From positions 25,110,001-25,174,000 of the forward strand of contig OZ281495.1 in assembly GCA_965637545.1 (NCBI GenBank): a stretch of 64,000 bases of DNA, read 5' to 3'. The notes under the pieces were generated by a model. The model did no database searches. It was not told the DNA's origin and saw nothing but the letters and a program-made list of their open reading frames with translations. The stretch comes from Phallusia mammillata (lineage: Eukaryota). This document shows, piece after piece, positions 61,901 through 64,000 of the stretch. The position numbers were made by a program, and so were the translations under genes. Within the stretch, counting starts at the first letter, position 1, and the number at the start of each line of letters is the position of its first letter.

Positions 61901-64000
61901 ATAGCACCCAATATACAGCTCTACACTATATACAAAGGAACATACAGGTGTTAGGTCGTAAATAGGCTATTTATGTTCTCATTGTATGGATCAAAACCAA
62001 CAATTTTTTAAAGCTAAAGAAATTCGATGCTGGGGAGGAAGCTTCTCTGGCGTCTGTGTCTACACTTTCGGGAAACGCTGCAAATTCGAAATTACAACAA
62101 GAAAAATCTCCCAACAACCAACGTGATTCGAAATCTCACGAATCATCTAGTAGTCAAATCCCTGACATTGACGACAACTATTCAAAAGACGACCTAGTGG
62201 TTATTGAAAAGGAAAACACTAGCAAGGTGAAATAAAAACTGAGTAAATATTTTTGCACTACAAAATTTCTTACAACTTGGTCACACTTCAAAAACAATCC
62301 TAATCAATCTCGATGCCCTTAGTGGAATTTTCGTGCTTTGGTCGGAATGTACATTTTTGCTTATGTTAAAAGTGCAATTTGATGTAAGATTACCTAAATG
62401 TAGCAGTTGCGTCCAAATTGTTGAAATATTTTATGAAACAAAAAACAACCAAGTACTTCGGCCTTTTTTGATAAATAATTTAAAATAACACATTGCGACT
62501 GTACGTGTTTGCAGGCAAAGGAAATTCATCATTATTACCACTACCAGATAGATCAACCTGAGGATTCAGCACAAAAAGTGCTTGAGAAAGAACACAAGCA
62601 TAATGAACAAATACAAGGAAAGGGGCAGCAGCTTTCCTGTGAATCGCCGCTTCCCAGCAACGATTTTTCGAACTTGAAGCTTGAAGACAAAACAGCGTTG
62701 GAATCAGCACCTAAACCAAGTGGAAAGTTGAATCCCAATTTAAGCCATGACGGTGATACAGATTCAAGTAATGAGGAGAATTTTATGGACAACAAATCCC
62801 AACCGGTAAGCAAATTTTGCGTTTTATAATGCCAACATTGGTATAACCTGTTTTAATAAATGAAGGCATTGACATGACAGTTTAACAGACGGGCAAAATC
62901 CACACATTACCGCAGTATGTTTGTGTTGTTGGTGCCCGTTCCTGCAGCAGGGTTTGTTTTTGACAGTTGGCTTGCTCAGTCCAAACCACTCGCAAAAGTT
63001 TCCACACAGACATGTTTTCCTCAATGCAGCAGGTAAACGACCGTAATCGGTCACTAATTTGTTTGCTCCGATAGGAATTCGACACTTGCAAAATTAAAGG
63101 ATGCTTATAGTTTGCAGCGGTTTGCGGAAAGTACCGAGTCAAGCCTGGAAACCTTATAGAATCCGGTTTATCGTTTGCAGTTTATATGTAAATCTTAACC
63201 TAAAACGTTTTGGGCAAACTTTGCGCAAAAATAGTGTGGACATATTGAATTTATAAATAAAAAAACGTTACATTTATCAACATAACACCCTTTATACAGC
63301 TGTACACTTTATACCACGGCAAAGGTACATAGGTATTAAATCAGCTCTTTGTGTTCTCATTGTATGAAACAAAACAAACATTTTTTAAAGTTAAAGAATT
63401 TTGATGCCGAGGAGGAAGCATCTCTGGCGACTGTACCTTTACTTTCCGAAGACGCTAAAAATTCGAAATTACAACAAAAAAACGCTCCAAACAACCAAAG
63501 TGTTTCGAAAACTCACGAATCGTCGCGCAGTCGAATCCCTGACATTGACGACAATTATTCAAAAGATGACCTAGTGGTTATTGAAAAGGAAAACGCCAGC
63601 AAGGTAAAAAAAACTGAGTGAATATTTTTGCACTACAAAAGTCCCCACAATTTGGCGACACTTTAAAAACAATCCTACTTACTCTTGGTCCCCCAGTAAA
63701 ATTTTCGTTCTTTCATCAGAATGCACATCTATGCTTATGTTAAATGTGCCATTTCATACAAGATCACTTAAGCGTAAAAGCTGCGTTCAAATTGTTGAAA
63801 TAATGTTTTTTTAAAAGTTTTAAAACCAAAAACCAAGTATTCCGAGTATTTTTGTCAAATCATTTAAAGTAAAAGTATGCTAACTGTACTTGTTTGCAGC
63901 CAAAGGAAATCCATCATTATTATCACTACAAGATAGATCAACCTAAATGTTACATCTTATTTGCCAGTAATTGCAGATTTCTATTGATTCCCGCATTTCC
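52955..64000 (+). CDS. Gene C (3'-incomplete): paralog of gene B with signal peptide + TM and a tandemly expanded Ser/Glu/Asn-rich tail; no PRD within the window
   Basis: Exons 52955-53120 (MMRWSLVLVLLLLVGNANA-LLLVTLTE-VVVFSVFASLFILAVILIAVLVC-RYIKQ), 54122-54201, 54656-54868, 55134-55424, 55663-55728, 55865-55978, 56440-56655, 57050-57340, then 57924-58136, 58370-58582, 58871-59161, 59745-59957, 60191-60403, 60692-60982, 61568-61780, 62014-62226, 62515-62805, 63391-63603, 63900-?. Open for 1267 codons up to 63603. Confidence 0.75.
53187..53403. mobile_element. hAT-Charlie-type MITE, 217 bp, in gene C intron 1
   Basis: TIRs CAGTGGTTCTCAAAC / GTTTGAGAACCACTG; exact 8-bp TSD ATCAAACG (53179-53186 and 53404-53411); single empty-site copy ATAATCAAACGTT at about 47007-47019 in gene B. 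Confidence 0.95.
53606..53879 (-). mobile_element. hAT MITE of the same family as 13155-13563, in gene C intron 1
   Basis: Ends CAGAGTTGTAA...TTACAACTCTA; the right part is the reverse complement of the 13155 left end; TSD AGCTGCAC/AGCTGAAC (1 mismatch); empty site AAAGCTGAACC at about 47176-47186 in gene B. Confidence 0.88.
57341..63900 (+). repeat. Tandem array of about 3.6 near-identical 1821-1823-bp units, each full unit with three phase-0 exons (213, 213, 291 nt)
   Basis: Homologous exon starts at 57924, 59745 (+1821), 61568 (+1823) and 63391 (+1823); introns are also nearly identical between units. Confidence 0.95.

Overview
Eukaryotic, intron-rich DNA, most likely tunicate/ascidian (inferred from intron-containing connexin genes in an AT-rich invertebrate-like sequence). 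Left to right: (1) the first coding exon of a minus-strand transcription factor starting with the NuRD-binding motif MSRRKQSNPQHV (BCL11/SALL/FOG class), then about 14 kb of non-coding upstream DNA; (2) two tandem six-exon connexin genes on the minus strand, the second carrying an in-frame TAG 30 codons before the ancestral stop; (3) three plus-strand genes that each begin with a transmembrane exon. Gene A (about 41 exons, about 2,000 aa) is an N-terminal membrane anchor, a Ser/Glu-rich disordered region, four plakin repeat domains (PRDs) and the plectin/desmoplakin intermediate-filament-binding linker. Gene B (712 aa) is signal peptide + TM + acidic spacer + one intronless PRD. Gene C is a duplicate of B whose tail has expanded into near-identical 1.82-kb tandem units of phase-0 exons and runs off the window. 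The lead finding is this apparent family of integral-membrane plakin-repeat proteins lacking the actin-binding, plakin and rod domains. Also present: hAT-type MITEs (two with empty-site evidence in the paralogous segment) and hammerhead-ribozyme motifs, one intact and in sense orientation in intron 1 of gene A. All gene models were built by hand from GT-AG sites and codon phase; none is confirmed by transcript data or database search.
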